IMG/VR virus record: IMGVR_UViG_3300037458_000523 | Span: 1 to 39,356 of that record | Source of the DNA: a virus | Lineage: Duplodnaviria > Caudoviricetes | Strand: one strand, 5' to 3' | DNA length: 39,356 bases | Part shown: in pieces, positions 8,810 through 17,666 of the stretch | How the letters are laid out: every line of letters starts with the position of its first letter | Position numbering within the stretch: the stretch's first letter is position 1 | Made by a program: the position numbers and the translations under genes | The notes under the pieces: model-generated | What the model was told of the DNA's origin: nothing | The model's database searches: none | What the model saw: only the letters and a program-made list of their open reading frames with translations

Positions 8810-9050
8810 TACTGACCTCCCAAGCCATGAGCATCTGCGCGAGACTCTGCGTCTGGAGCAGGAAATGACTCAGGCTGTGCTGGCTGTGCTTGCTCATACG
8901 GGGTCGAGCGGATTTATCGGGGACCTCATGCCCCCCGTGGATGGTTGCAGGATTTTTCTTGCAGTAGGCTCCAAGAAAGATATTCTCTCCATGCTGGCGG
9001 ACGAATCCGAGTTTGATGTCGGCGCAACCGGAAACCCTGACCTTCACTAA
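8799..9050 (+). CDS. hypothetical protein
   Basis: AAGGA RBS before ATG 8799. Confidence 0.55.
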   Translation: MQNDTDLPSHEHLRETLRLEQEMTQAVLAVLAHTGSSGFIGDLMPPVDGCRIFLAVGSKKDILSMLADESEFDVGATGNPDLH

Positions 9051-9154
9051 CCACCCGCCAGCCTATCAGCGCGGCTGCTGGCGAGCTTTTCGTGCCCCGG
9101 GTAATACCTTGACCCCACCCACCCAAAAAAATGTCCTCTACGGCCTTTTGGGAC

Positions 9155-9170
9155 GTGCAATTAACTGCAC
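9155..9170 (+). repeat. dispersed quasi-palindromic motif, copy 2
   Basis: GTGCAATTAACTGCAC, 7 bp upstream of a -35 box. Confidence 0.85.
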
Positions 9171-9177
9171 AAACTAT

Positions 9178-9205
9178 TTGACAATCTGCAAAAATATGGT
9201 AGTAT
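9178..9205 (+). promoter_or_regulatory. sigma70-type phage promoter
   Basis: TTGACA-N16-TAGTAT. Confidence 0.85.
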
Positions 9206-9247
9206 ATAGTTGTAGTGGTACTGAACATATCGGCATGGAGGCCCAAC

Positions 9248-9553
9248 ATGAGACAGTATGCAGTTACGAACAAGGTGCTTTTCAGCAAAGGTACGCCACA
9301 TGGGTGGGATACGGTGCAGGTGAAGTCATCATCCGATCCCAGCCGTACCTATACGGTGGATTTGACGCACGGTCGTTGCTCCTGCCCAGCTTGGGTCTTC
9401 CAGAAGGGTGGCGAGCGCAAGCCTTGCAAGCACCTGCGTAAGCTTGGCTTCACGGCAGTCGTGCAGGCCAAGGACCTTGAGTTCAACCTGACTTCCCCCC
9501 ATCCCAAAAAGGTTGCGGAGCCCATCGACCTCAAGCTGTACGAAAACCTGTGA
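9248..9553 (+). CDS. SWIM zinc-finger protein
   Basis: YTVDL...CSCPAWVFQ...PCKHL (CxC..CxH); GGAGG RBS. Confidence 0.8.
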   Translation: MRQYAVTNKVLFSKGTPHGWDTVQVKSSSDPSRTYTVDLTHGRCSCPAWVFQKGGERKPCKHLRKLGFTAVVQAKDLEFNLTSPHPKKVAEPIDLKLYENL

Positions 9554-9566
9554 GCGGGAGACAGAA

Positions 9567-9887
9567 ATGACCGAACCTAAAGTCTGGACGAAAGCTGATG
9601 TCCAACAATTGATTGCCACCCGCGATGTCGCTGTGGCCCGGGCCTTGATGGTCGTTTACGCGAACCAGACCGAAGCCGAGAAAGTTGTGGGAGACACGGT
9701 TGCCCACAACGGTGTGGGATTCACCGGAACTGATGGGGCTTTCCTCACGTCCTGCGCCAAGTTCTACGAGAAGGCCGGCTTCCTGACAGAGAAGCAACTG
9801 GCCATTGCCCGTAACAAGATGAAGAAATACTGGAGGCAAATTCTGGACGACATGAAGTCCCGTGGGTATGAGGTCAGCTACAAATGA
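9567..9887 (+). CDS. phage hypothetical protein
   Basis: GGGAG RBS; NGVGFTGTD...LTEKQLAIAR. Confidence 0.7.
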   Translation: MTEPKVWTKADVQQLIATRDVAVARALMVVYANQTEAEKVVGDTVAHNGVGFTGTDGAFLTSCAKFYEKAGFLTEKQLAIARNKMKKYWRQILDDMKSRGYEVSYK

Positions 9888-10234
9888 GCACGGATATGTC
9901 TCATCTTGAAGCCTTAGCCAAGGCCGCGTCATCCAAGTTTCCCCACATCAAGTACAAGATGCTGGAGGGAGACGACGGGCCAGTGATCGAGGTAGACGGG
10001 TGGTTGTACATCACCCCGGACGGGGACGGGTATCTGCTGGAAGAGGCGGTGTACTCCCCCGGAAGTTGGGACCAGCCCTCGGACGTGGATATTGTCGAGA
10101 GCGGACGGGAGCAGCGCCTTTTTGACGCCGTGCTTCATACCTTTGTGCGGGCTGTTCTCCACGAGATGACTAACAGCATGGAGGCACAGCATGAGGCGCG
10201 GTCAGTGGCGAATCAAGCGCAGTATCGTGGGTGA
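9884..10234 (+). CDS. hypothetical protein
   Basis: ATGA overlap; GAGGT RBS. Confidence 0.65.
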   Translation: MSTDMSHLEALAKAASSKFPHIKYKMLEGDDGPVIEVDGWLYITPDGDGYLLEEAVYSPGSWDQPSDVDIVESGREQRLFDAVLHTFVRAVLHEMTNSMEAQHEARSVANQAQYRG

Positions 10235-10554
10235 GCCAAATGACTAAAGTAGGGGAGTACTTCACAAAGGACCAATCTACCCCTTTGGAGACCCTGTTCC
10301 TTCTTCCCAAAGGAAAAACCATTAAAGGCTTGTCACAGTCAGAGTGGTTAGCCCTTGTGAGGGCGAATCCTCCTCGTAGGGAGACCTCGTGTTCGCTTTG
10401 TGGGGTGGACGGCCTAACGTGGATGGAGTATCGCTCTGGGACTTACTGGGTACCCACGGGGCTTGGTGTTAGAAAATGGGTACTCGTTGGGGTATCTCCT
10501 GACGGGAAGTTCTACCATCATATCTGCCAAGCTAAGTTATTGTCCATCGGATAG
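10231..10554 (+). CDS. hypothetical protein (CxxC)
   Basis: GTGA overlap; CSLCG...HIC. Confidence 0.55.
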   Translation: MSQMTKVGEYFTKDQSTPLETLFLLPKGKTIKGLSQSEWLALVRANPPRRETSCSLCGVDGLTWMEYRSGTYWVPTGLGVRKWVLVGVSPDGKFYHHICQAKLLSIG

Positions 10555-10689
10555 CTTGATGAAAATTTATTCTGACAACTGTGGAGGTATCATGAAGAAA
10601 CTGAAAAACCTCACCCCAGATCAAAAGGTCTTCTGGACCTGCATGGTATGCGGGGTTATCGGCCTGCTCTCTCCGTGGGGAGGATTCTG

Positions 10690-11085
10690 ATGCCCGAAGG
10701 ATCATGGAGCAAAGCGTATCGGTTATTGGTGGCAGAGTTTTTGCGGGAAACTTCCAGCTTCACCGGGGACGACTTGCAACACTGGATGACTGCGAAGGGG
10801 CTGCCTCCCCCAAGTAACCCTAACCAGTGGGGTTCCCTGTTCCGGGACTGCATTGCTAAGTCACCGTTCGTCATCAAGACGGGAAAGGCTGTGCCCTCCC
10901 GAGGGGAGAAAGCCAAGGGACGGGCCAACCAAGTGTGGAAAAGCATGATCTGCCAAGATGGGGATCGTCTTGTTACCCTGAACCAGCAGCTATGTGACAT
11001 TCGGGCCCTTGTCCTGCAAAGAAAAATTGACATTCATGAGGCACTTCGCCGTGCGGCAGAAGCCGGGGCATCGTCGCTTTCGTAA
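10690..11085 (+). CDS. hypothetical protein, possibly winged-helix
   Basis: GGAGG RBS; TGATG overlap with a small ORF at 10592-10690. Confidence 0.6.
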   Translation: MPEGSWSKAYRLLVAEFLRETSSFTGDDLQHWMTAKGLPPPSNPNQWGSLFRDCIAKSPFVIKTGKAVPSRGEKAKGRANQVWKSMICQDGDRLVTLNQQLCDIRALVLQRKIDIHEALRRAAEAGASSLS

Positions 11086-11364
11086 GCGGCGTAAGGGGGA
11101 GCTAACGTGTTCCTGCCCTGCTTACGCATTCCCCCATCGTATGATGGGTGGGAAGTGTTCTGGCATCGCCTTTGTGGAAGACTTTTCGATTGCAATGCCG
11201 CTGGTGATTGCCAGTCGTGCAGGTTTTGTTTTGCCGATTGTGGTTATGAGTGTGAGGTGGTTAATGGCACGGAGAGCCCAGAGGAGTGTCCAGAGCTTAT
11301 GGACTATCTTGACCGACACGAGGTTCCTGTTCCAGTACGCTTAGGGAGAAAAAGATGGGGTTAA
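11036..11364 (+). pseudogene. Cys-rich gene split by an apparent 1-nt frameshift at 11183-11186
   Basis: TCSCPAYAFPHR..GGKC in one frame; FDCNAAGDCQSCRFC...CPEL continues in the -1 frame at a T4 run. Confidence 0.5.
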
Positions 11365-11639
11365 ATCGGGAGCTAGTGTGCATCCATGAGAACGAGTACG
11401 TAGTTGCCAAGAATGACGAGGGGCTCTACTTCTGTGAGAGCGAGAGTCAAGGCGGTCCCGGGGGAGGGGGTAGCCTCTTTTGGGGGCCAAGCATCAGCGA
11501 TGCGGTTGCCGGGAGCGTTCACTACTGCACGCTGCCAGAGAAGCTTGTTCATGCAACCTCCTCCCATGTGCAAGAGCTTAGGAAGTCGAAACTGGTGCGT
11601 GTGAAACGAACAACTGAATACTGGGAGTGCGAGCTATGA
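11355..11639 (+). CDS. hypothetical protein
   Basis: GGGAG RBS; tiles the operon. Confidence 0.55.
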   Translation: MGLNRELVCIHENEYVVAKNDEGLYFCESESQGGPGGGGSLFWGPSISDAVAGSVHYCTLPEKLVHATSSHVQELRKSKLVRVKRTTEYWECEL

Positions 11640-12208
11640 ACATTCTTCCCCCACCGGACGGGTACCCCACTGAAGAGGTTTTCCTTGGGTCTCGTGTTCT
11701 TGTCGTGACGAACCAAAAGTATGAACGACTGCGGGAGAAGTTTATGGGGCCTCTGTTGTTCCAGTATGGGGTGGTCTTCCGCAGGATGGTGTACAGGATT
11801 GATTTACCCCCCGGTACCATGGGGGAGTGTTTCGAGTCTGCTTTGAGAGCGGCTATCACCTTTGGCCTGATTTACTGTGAGGGCATGTTGAGAATCATGG
11901 ATGCTAGCGGGAACGAGACGATCATGGCTCACGCATGGTGTGCTCTTGAAGACGGACGAATCGCTGATACTGTGTTTCCACAGGGACCCATGTCTTCCAC
12001 GGTGACGTATCATGGGATAATGTTTAACACGAGCTATGTTGTTAGGCAGGCCCGGGCTAACGGGTTTTTTGGGTTGCTGGCGGGACATCCCGTTAAAGGG
12101 GATACCGTGGGGCCGTTTGTCGATCCCTCCTCGGACTGGTTGCATCCCGCCTGTATGGGTACCGGACATTTTGAGAAAGCCCATAGTCCTTGTAGTATCA
12201 CCGCTTGA
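11636..12208 (+). CDS. hypothetical protein with a transglutaminase/papain-like Cys-His-Asp pattern
   Basis: GECFESA...YCEG...AHAWC...GRIAD. Confidence 0.5.
   Translation: MNILPPPDGYPTEEVFLGSRVLVVTNQKYERLREKFMGPLLFQYGVVFRRMVYRIDLPPGTMGECFESALRAAITFGLIYCEGMLRIMDASGNETIMAHAWCALEDGRIADTVFPQGPMSSTVTYHGIMFNTSYVVRQARANGFFGLLAGHPVKGDTVGPFVDPSSDWLHPACMGTGHFEKAHSPCSITA
12171..12198 (+). promoter_or_regulatory. sigma70-type promoter for rtcB
   Basis: TTGAGA-N16-TAGTAT. Confidence 0.65.
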
Positions 12209-12220
12209 GAGGAGAGTTTC

Positions 12221-13450
12221 ATGTCTGGGTATATGTACGTGGTTGGGGACAAGTTTCCCGTAAAGGCGTGGGTTAAGGGAATTCAGGTAGAGAATAAGGC
12301 ATGGGAGCAACTCCTCAAGCTAGCGCGGCTGCCCTTCATCCATCAGCATATAGCGGTGATGCCGGATGTGCATTGGGGGCTAGGGGCTACTGTAGGGTCA
12401 GTCGTCCCGACCAAAGGAGCCGTGATTCCGGCAGCGGTTGGGGTTGACATCGGTTGTGGAATGCTGGCTTGCAAAACATCCCTCGTGGCGAGTGATCTGC
12501 CGGATGATTTAAGCCCATTGCTCGGGCTGTTGGGGGCAGCGGTTCCTCATGGAAGGACTGACAACGGGGGACCGGAAGATGCCGGAGCATGGCGTGATCC
12601 TCCCGAACGCATCAGGGCAGCAGCCGCAGCCTATAGGTCCCTGCTTGCCGGGGTGTTGGAAAAATACCCCCTTCTTGCCCGGGCTGTTCCACGGATTGAA
12701 CGGCACTTGGGGACTCTCGGCACGGGCAATCATTTTCTGGAGGTCTGTCTTGACGAGTCCCAGAGCGTGTGGGTTATGCTCCATTCCGGCAGCAGGGGTA
12801 TCGGCAACGCTATCGGGCAGATGTTCATTGAACTGGCAAAGAAGGATATGGAGCGGTGGTTTATTCACCTTCCAGATGCTGATCTTGCGTACATCCCGCA
12901 TGGGTCTGCATTGTTTCGTGACTACCTTGCGGCTGTGGAGTGGGCTCAAATGTACGCCCAAGATAACCGCAACTGGATACTTAAGGCGGCGTTGGAGGCT
13001 ATGCGCCTGTTTTTCGGAGACAAAAAGACCTTCACGGTAGATGAAATGGCAATTAACTGCCACCACAATTACGTGGCGTGGGAGCATCATTTCGGCCAGA
13101 ATGTTCTCGTTACCCGTAAAGGGGCGATCAATGCCGGGGCCGGGGTGCTTGGCGTTATTCCGGGCAGCATGGGAGCCAAGTCCTTCATTGTTCGCGGGAA
13201 GGGTAACCGGGATTCGTTCAATTCCTGTTCTCATGGGGCGGGTCGTCTTATGTCCAGAGGGGAGGCCACCAAGAAGTTCACGGTGCAGGACCACATAGAG
13301 GCCACTAGGGGGGTAACGTGCCGCAAGGACCCGGGGGTTCTGGATGAAACCCCTGCTGCGTACAAGCCGATTGATGATGTGATGCGGGCTCAATCTGATC
13401 TGGTTGAGGTAGTTCACACGCTGAAACAAGTTGTCTGTTTGAAGGGGTAG
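12221..13450 (+). CDS. rtcB: RtcB-family RNA ligase
   Basis: MPDVH, GVDIGCG, GTLGTGNHF, HSGSRG, HHNY, RKGA, SHGAGR, DETPAAYK. Confidence 0.96.
   Translation: MSGYMYVVGDKFPVKAWVKGIQVENKAWEQLLKLARLPFIHQHIAVMPDVHWGLGATVGSVVPTKGAVIPAAVGVDIGCGMLACKTSLVASDLPDDLSPLLGLLGAAVPHGRTDNGGPEDAGAWRDPPERIRAAAAAYRSLLAGVLEKYPLLARAVPRIERHLGTLGTGNHFLEVCLDESQSVWVMLHSGSRGIGNAIGQMFIELAKKDMERWFIHLPDADLAYIPHGSALFRDYLAAVEWAQMYAQDNRNWILKAALEAMRLFFGDKKTFTVDEMAINCHHNYVAWEHHFGQNVLVTRKGAINAGAGVLGVIPGSMGAKSFIVRGKGNRDSFNSCSHGAGRLMSRGEATKKFTVQDHIEATRGVTCRKDPGVLDETPAAYKPIDDVMRAQSDLVEVVHTLKQVVCLKG
13047..13062 (+). repeat. dispersed quasi-palindromic motif, copy 3
   Basis: TGGCAATTAACTGCCA inside rtcB; flanks differ from consensus but stay complementary. 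Confidence 0.7.
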
Positions 13451-13456
13451 TCGGGT

Positions 13457-13888
13457 ATGAGTAGCGATGTTCCAGAGCCCCCGGTATTTGGGTTTGACGT
13501 GATGGGATACCTCTTTACCAAGATCACCCCTCTCGCAGACAGAATCCCCGAGGCACATCGTTTGAAGCGGGGAGATAGGAAGTCCCTCCATGACGTTCTT
13601 CCGGCCAATACCGGCAACCGGAATAGACACGCTGAGTCATTGAATAGGTATAAGCTAGCCATGGGGTCAGGGTGGGTGGTTACCTCCGAGATTACTGCCC
13701 GGGTAAATGAGGTCAATCGGCTGCGAGGATTTCACGAAATTGCCAGTGCTCTGCCCACATTGCGTGCGTGGGAAAAGCTAGGGGTAGTTGAGTCTAGGTG
13801 GAAGGATGAGTCAAAGGTTCGTAGGGGGAGGATTGAATGGCGGTGGATTGGATACCCTCAAGGGGAGGATAATGGGCCACACAACTAG
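13457..13888 (+). CDS. hypothetical protein (winged-helix-like C-terminus)
   Basis: LRAWEKLGVVESRW...RIEWRWI. Confidence 0.55.
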   Translation: MSSDVPEPPVFGFDVMGYLFTKITPLADRIPEAHRLKRGDRKSLHDVLPANTGNRNRHAESLNRYKLAMGSGWVVTSEITARVNEVNRLRGFHEIASALPTLRAWEKLGVVESRWKDESKVRRGRIEWRWIGYPQGEDNGPHN

Positions 13889-14036
13889 CTGGAGATGTAT
13901 CCGGTGCTCTACTATTTTGTTTAGCGTCGAGGGGTCCAGATTCCTCGTTTTCGTGGTGTTCGGAGGAGACTATGCCCAATGTGTGTTAAAGCCCTCGGGG
14001 TCCCCGAACGGGCCCCGCACCGCAAGGCAAAATCCT

Positions 14037-14064
14037 TTGACAAGGACCACAATTCTGGTAGTAT
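14037..14064 (+). promoter_or_regulatory. sigma70-type phage promoter
   Basis: TTGACA-N16-TAGTAT. Confidence 0.85.
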
Positions 14065-14098
14065 ATAGGTACTAACCCTATATTGGATGGAGGATCAC

Positions 14099-14545
14099 AT
14101 GGTTATCCAAGATGACGAAGATGTTGCTTACGGGACCAGACGGCAGAAGAGGCTGGATGCAGAGTGGATGCGGGGTCCTTCCCCCACAAGTGCGCCAGTT
14201 TCTGCTGAAAAGGCATTCCAAGAGTGGTGGAGCAAGTTCAGCCATGTCGGTAGTGACGACGATGCGGCTGAGGCCAACTGCCATCATGCGTGGGATGCCG
14301 CTATCGCTTTTCTGAAGTCCTCCCCAGCGGACCTTGGGAATATGACATGGCGGGGGTACGCCTTCATTAACGAGCAGGGCCACGTCCTTGCCGACACTCA
14401 GTTCGAGTCTCCCGAGGAGGCATGGCGTATTGGTCTGGGCTGGCCGGATAAACAAGAAATACAAGAGGCAAAGCGGCGTGGGGCTCGTGTAACCTCCGTC
14501 ATGATTACGGAACTGAAAGGGGGGCGGCAGCGATGGGTGAGATAG
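14099..14545 (+). CDS. hypothetical protein
   Basis: GGAGG RBS before ATG 14099. Confidence 0.65.
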   Translation: MVIQDDEDVAYGTRRQKRLDAEWMRGPSPTSAPVSAEKAFQEWWSKFSHVGSDDDAAEANCHHAWDAAIAFLKSSPADLGNMTWRGYAFINEQGHVLADTQFESPEEAWRIGLGWPDKQEIQEAKRRGARVTSVMITELKGGRQRWVR

Positions 14546-14790
14546 CGGACATGATGATCGACGGGACGTTGTGCCAGTCATGTGGAGCCTATATTGGCCC
14601 CGGTCTAGGCTTCCCGAGAACGTGCACTCCCTGCATCAAGGGGGCTTTGAAGGAAAGCAAGAACAAGCGGCTTATTCCGAGGACCTCACCTAAGCAGAAA
14701 GTGCAATGCGACATCTGCGGCAAGAAAGTGCGGGGCCTGTCCGACCATATCCGAGACGCACATTTGCGTGGACATGATTTGACAATCTAG
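14533..14790 (+). CDS. Zn-finger phage protein
   Basis: MGEIADMMIDGTLCQSCG...CTPC...CDICG...HIRDAH. Confidence 0.7.
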   Translation: MGEIADMMIDGTLCQSCGAYIGPGLGFPRTCTPCIKGALKESKNKRLIPRTSPKQKVQCDICGKKVRGLSDHIRDAHLRGHDLTI

Positions 14791-14806
14791 GAAAATCTGG
14801 TAGTAT
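14779..14806 (+). promoter_or_regulatory. sigma70-type phage promoter
   Basis: TTGACA-N16-TAGTAT. Confidence 0.85.
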
Positions 14807-14847
14807 ATAGCTGTCTACTACCAAACCACCTTGCCACGGAGGGCAGA

Positions 14848-15522
14848 ATGTTGGCCTATCACGGTACAAGCCTTGAATACTGGGAGAGCATTCGTAGCGA
14901 GGGCCTTGTTCCCAGAGGACATGCAGGGCCGTCTAACTGGAAAAACTCCATTGAGTCCAACCCCGACACGGTGTACCTGACGATAGCTTATGCGATGGGA
15001 TTTGGTATGAATGCCCTTGAGCTATCAGAGGACGTTAGCCAGAACAAGGTTGTCATCATAGAGGTGGAAACCGATACTCTGCCGGGGGTTTTGGTTCCCG
15101 ATGAAGACGCTTTGGAGCAAGTTGGGCGCAGGTCAAATGACGGTCTCGATCCTGCGTGGGGTATGGTGCAGAGAACCAAGTGGTATCGCAAGCGAGTGCG
15201 GGAGTATGCTGAGTCCGGGTTAGATTTTGCGTGGAGTATGTCTGTTCTCGGCACCGGAGGGCATATCGGACCCATCCCTGCTTCCCACTTCACCCGGGCA
15301 GCTATTATTGACATTCGGGAGGAGGCGGCGCTGTCCCTAGAAGCTTTGGATCGCCCTCCCTCAGTGTTGGCGTATCGTGTTCTGGGGGATTACTTGCGCG
15401 GATTGCAAGCCCAGATTTTTGGGGACCCCTATACCATGACGGACCTATTGTCCATGTCTTTAACTCCCCCGCCGATAGGACGGGGTATTCAGGTAATCAA
15501 TTTTGGGAGGGAGCATGTTTAA
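14848..15522 (+). CDS. ADP-ribosyltransferase-fold (Tpt1/KptA- or PARP-like) protein
   Basis: YHGTS...IRSEGLVP...VYLT...VVIIEV. Confidence 0.6.
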   Translation: MLAYHGTSLEYWESIRSEGLVPRGHAGPSNWKNSIESNPDTVYLTIAYAMGFGMNALELSEDVSQNKVVIIEVETDTLPGVLVPDEDALEQVGRRSNDGLDPAWGMVQRTKWYRKRVREYAESGLDFAWSMSVLGTGGHIGPIPASHFTRAAIIDIREEAALSLEALDRPPSVLAYRVLGDYLRGLQAQIFGDPYTMTDLLSMSLTPPPIGRGIQVINFGREHV

Positions 15523-16414
15523 GCCACATCTTGCTGGAGAGGCGGTCCTTGGTAAGCTCAACTATGGCCCCGGAGGACTGGTAGCTCTGCCGAAGTTAAA
15601 CGGGGTGCGGGGCATCAATCAAGAAGGACGACTCTACGCGAGATCGTTGAAGCGGCTGGCGAATGAGTTCACGAACCTTCTGTTTGACCAGCCGGCATTC
15701 AGCAACTTGGATGGGGAACTCGTGGTTGGTCAGTTCAATCACGAGGACGTGTTCACGATTACCTCTGGAGCACTGCGCTCCATTTCGGGGGCCCCCGACG
15801 TGTGCTGGTATGTCTTTGACCTCTACCACCCAACTGCCCCGTACCTTACTCGGCTGAGAATGCGGGACAAGGTTCTGGCATCTGGCGGTTTCAGCCATCC
15901 AGAAAGGGTGAAGGCCATCCCATGGAGGATTGTCAAGTCGGATGCGGAACTTGAAGCGTATTCGGAAGAGGTTGTGGCAGACGGATACGAGGGGCTTGTT
16001 CTTCGGGACCCAAGTGCTCAGTACAAGCAAGGGCGGTCGACAGATGCGGAGCAGAGCTTCCTGCGGTATTGCGGGTGGCTTCGCTCGGAGGCAATAATTC
16101 TTGAGATTCACGAGGGGACAGTGAATAACAATGAGTCCGTGGTGAACGAGTTGGGCTACAAGCGCAAGGCCACGGTCAAGGCTAACTGTGTTGGGTCCGG
16201 TCGTCCCGGGTCTTTCACCGTCATGGATAGGGTAACAGGACTTGTGTTCAACATGCTCATACCCTCCGTTGCGTTGCAGAACGAAGTCGGAGCGTACCCG
16301 AGCAAGTTTCTTGGGTCTATGGCGAAGTACAAGTTCAAGCCCCCCGTAAAGCGTGGGGGTAAGCCCCGGTTCCCGCAGTATGAGGGTCTTCGGGATGCAG
16401 TAGATATGTCATAG
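15515..16414 (+). CDS. ATP-dependent DNA ligase (small, divergent)
   Basis: KLNGVR (I), LDGEL (III), YVFDL (IIIa), EGLVLR (IV), YKQGRST, PRFP. Confidence 0.85.
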   Translation: MFKPHLAGEAVLGKLNYGPGGLVALPKLNGVRGINQEGRLYARSLKRLANEFTNLLFDQPAFSNLDGELVVGQFNHEDVFTITSGALRSISGAPDVCWYVFDLYHPTAPYLTRLRMRDKVLASGGFSHPERVKAIPWRIVKSDAELEAYSEEVVADGYEGLVLRDPSAQYKQGRSTDAEQSFLRYCGWLRSEAIILEIHEGTVNNNESVVNELGYKRKATVKANCVGSGRPGSFTVMDRVTGLVFNMLIPSVALQNEVGAYPSKFLGSMAKYKFKPPVKRGGKPRFPQYEGLRDAVDMS

Positions 16415-16423
16415 GAGATTGCC

Positions 16424-16543
16424 ATGATCGAGCCTGCAATTAACTGCACTGACCACGACGGGGACTACATCCACTTTTGGAGTGGGATGGTCGTGGCGTG
16501 TATCCCGTGGATTATCGGAGTTCTTCTATGGGGGGGGCAGTGA
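16424..16543 (+). CDS. small membrane protein (39 aa)
   Basis: AGGAG RBS; hydrophobic FWSGMVVACIPWIIGVLLW. Confidence 0.55.
   Translation: MIEPAINCTDHDGDYIHFWSGMVVACIPWIIGVLLWGGQ
16434..16449 (+). repeat. dispersed quasi-palindromic motif, copy 4
   Basis: CTGCAATTAACTGCAC. Confidence 0.8.
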
Positions 16544-16544
16544 G

Positions 16545-16730
16545 ATGTCTGATGATTTCGTAGCCGGAGCAACAGAAATGCGGGATTTCCTCCTAGCCGA
16601 GGCCAGTAGGTTCTCCGCCCAGCCAAGACCAGAGTTAGCCGATAGAGATAAACAGATCGGGGCCATTCTTCGTGGGATTGCGAATGACGCCTATCGGCGG
16701 ATTATGGAGGACCGGAAAGGAGGATATTGA
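16545..16730 (+). CDS. hypothetical protein
   Basis: Tiles the operon; stop overlaps the next -35 box. Confidence 0.5.
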   Translation: MSDDFVAGATEMRDFLLAEASRFSAQPRPELADRDKQIGAILRGIANDAYRRIMEDRKGGY

Positions 16731-16754
16731 CAATTTTATAAAATCTGGTAGTAT
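16727..16754 (+). promoter_or_regulatory. sigma70-type phage promoter
   Basis: TTGACA-N16-TAGTAT. Confidence 0.85.
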
Positions 16755-16849
16755 AAGTGTCACGCTATGCCTCAGCGTTATGGGGCAATCAAACTGTCGC
16801 AGTTGGGGGACCATCAGCGGTAGAAATCCATCTTTAACGGAGGTGTCAC

Positions 16850-17656
16850 ATGAAGTCAGTTTTGTTTGGAGCGATCTTTTCCGCCCTTTCCCTGTCGGCT
16901 TTGGCCACTGGGGATCATTCACCCAAGCCCCCTTCCGGCCAGCCCCCTTCCGGCCAGTCCACTGCCACGGCGGGAAGTTCTTCCGGGGCCAGTGCTACCA
17001 ACCTGACGGTGGTCAAGGGTGGGGACCAGTCCCTGTCCGTGAAGACCGGCGACACCAAGGCCACGGCTGCCGTTGGGGACATCAACATCAACGTGTCGGC
17101 CACTGGCGGCAAGGGAGGCAAGGGCGGCAAGGGAGGTTCTGCGCGGTCCCGCTCGGGGGGCCGGAGCACCGGAGGGGGCGATCCCTCCACCCCCGGCAAT
17201 GGGGGCAATGGCGGAGGCACTGGACCCTCTGGCGGTACGGGTGGCGGAGGCGGTACTGGTGGCAATGGTACGGGTAGCCCCTCTGGACTCTACGGTTCGG
17301 TGGTTGAATGGAAGGTGGACAACGGGGGGAAGATCAACAACGTGCCTGCGTTGTCGAACACCTATGTCAGCACGTCCAACACTTGCGACGGCTACACGGG
17401 TCTGACAGCGGCCATTGCTGGCGGAGGCTTCGGGCTCAATTTTGCCAGTCAGCGCACCTTCTGCGAGTTGCGTTTGGCGGGAATGGCATATCAGGCCATG
17501 AACGAGCCGGTCAAGGCGGTGAGGATGATCGACCTGTCCGTTCAGTTGCTGTGCAAGTCGGACTCCAACCTTGCCAAGCTCGCCGTCGAGGAATGCAAGG
17601 AAGTGCCTGAGAAGGCTCCTGATGCACCTAACCCCGCATACCAGTCAGCCGGCTAA
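16850..17656 (+). CDS. secreted Gly/Ser-rich protein with a Cys-containing C-terminal domain
   Basis: Signal peptide MKSVLFGAIFSALSLSALA; GGK/GGT low-complexity tract; four Cys in the C-terminus; GGAGGTG RBS. Confidence 0.75.
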   Translation: MKSVLFGAIFSALSLSALATGDHSPKPPSGQPPSGQSTATAGSSSGASATNLTVVKGGDQSLSVKTGDTKATAAVGDININVSATGGKGGKGGKGGSARSRSGGRSTGGGDPSTPGNGGNGGGTGPSGGTGGGGGTGGNGTGSPSGLYGSVVEWKVDNGGKINNVPALSNTYVSTSNTCDGYTGLTAAIAGGGFGLNFASQRTFCELRLAGMAYQAMNEPVKAVRMIDLSVQLLCKSDSNLAKLAVEECKEVPEKAPDAPNPAYQSAG

Positions 17657-17666
17657 GGGGACTTCC

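Noticed and set aside
13996-14017. GC-rich hairpin CGGGGTCC-CCGAAC-GGGCCCCG as a terminator
   Set aside because: No U-tract on either strand; function unsupported.
16672-17610. Overlapping alternative-frame ORFs 16672-17277, 17073-17405 and 17308-17610
   Set aside because: By-products of the GC-rich Gly-repeat coding of 16850-17656.
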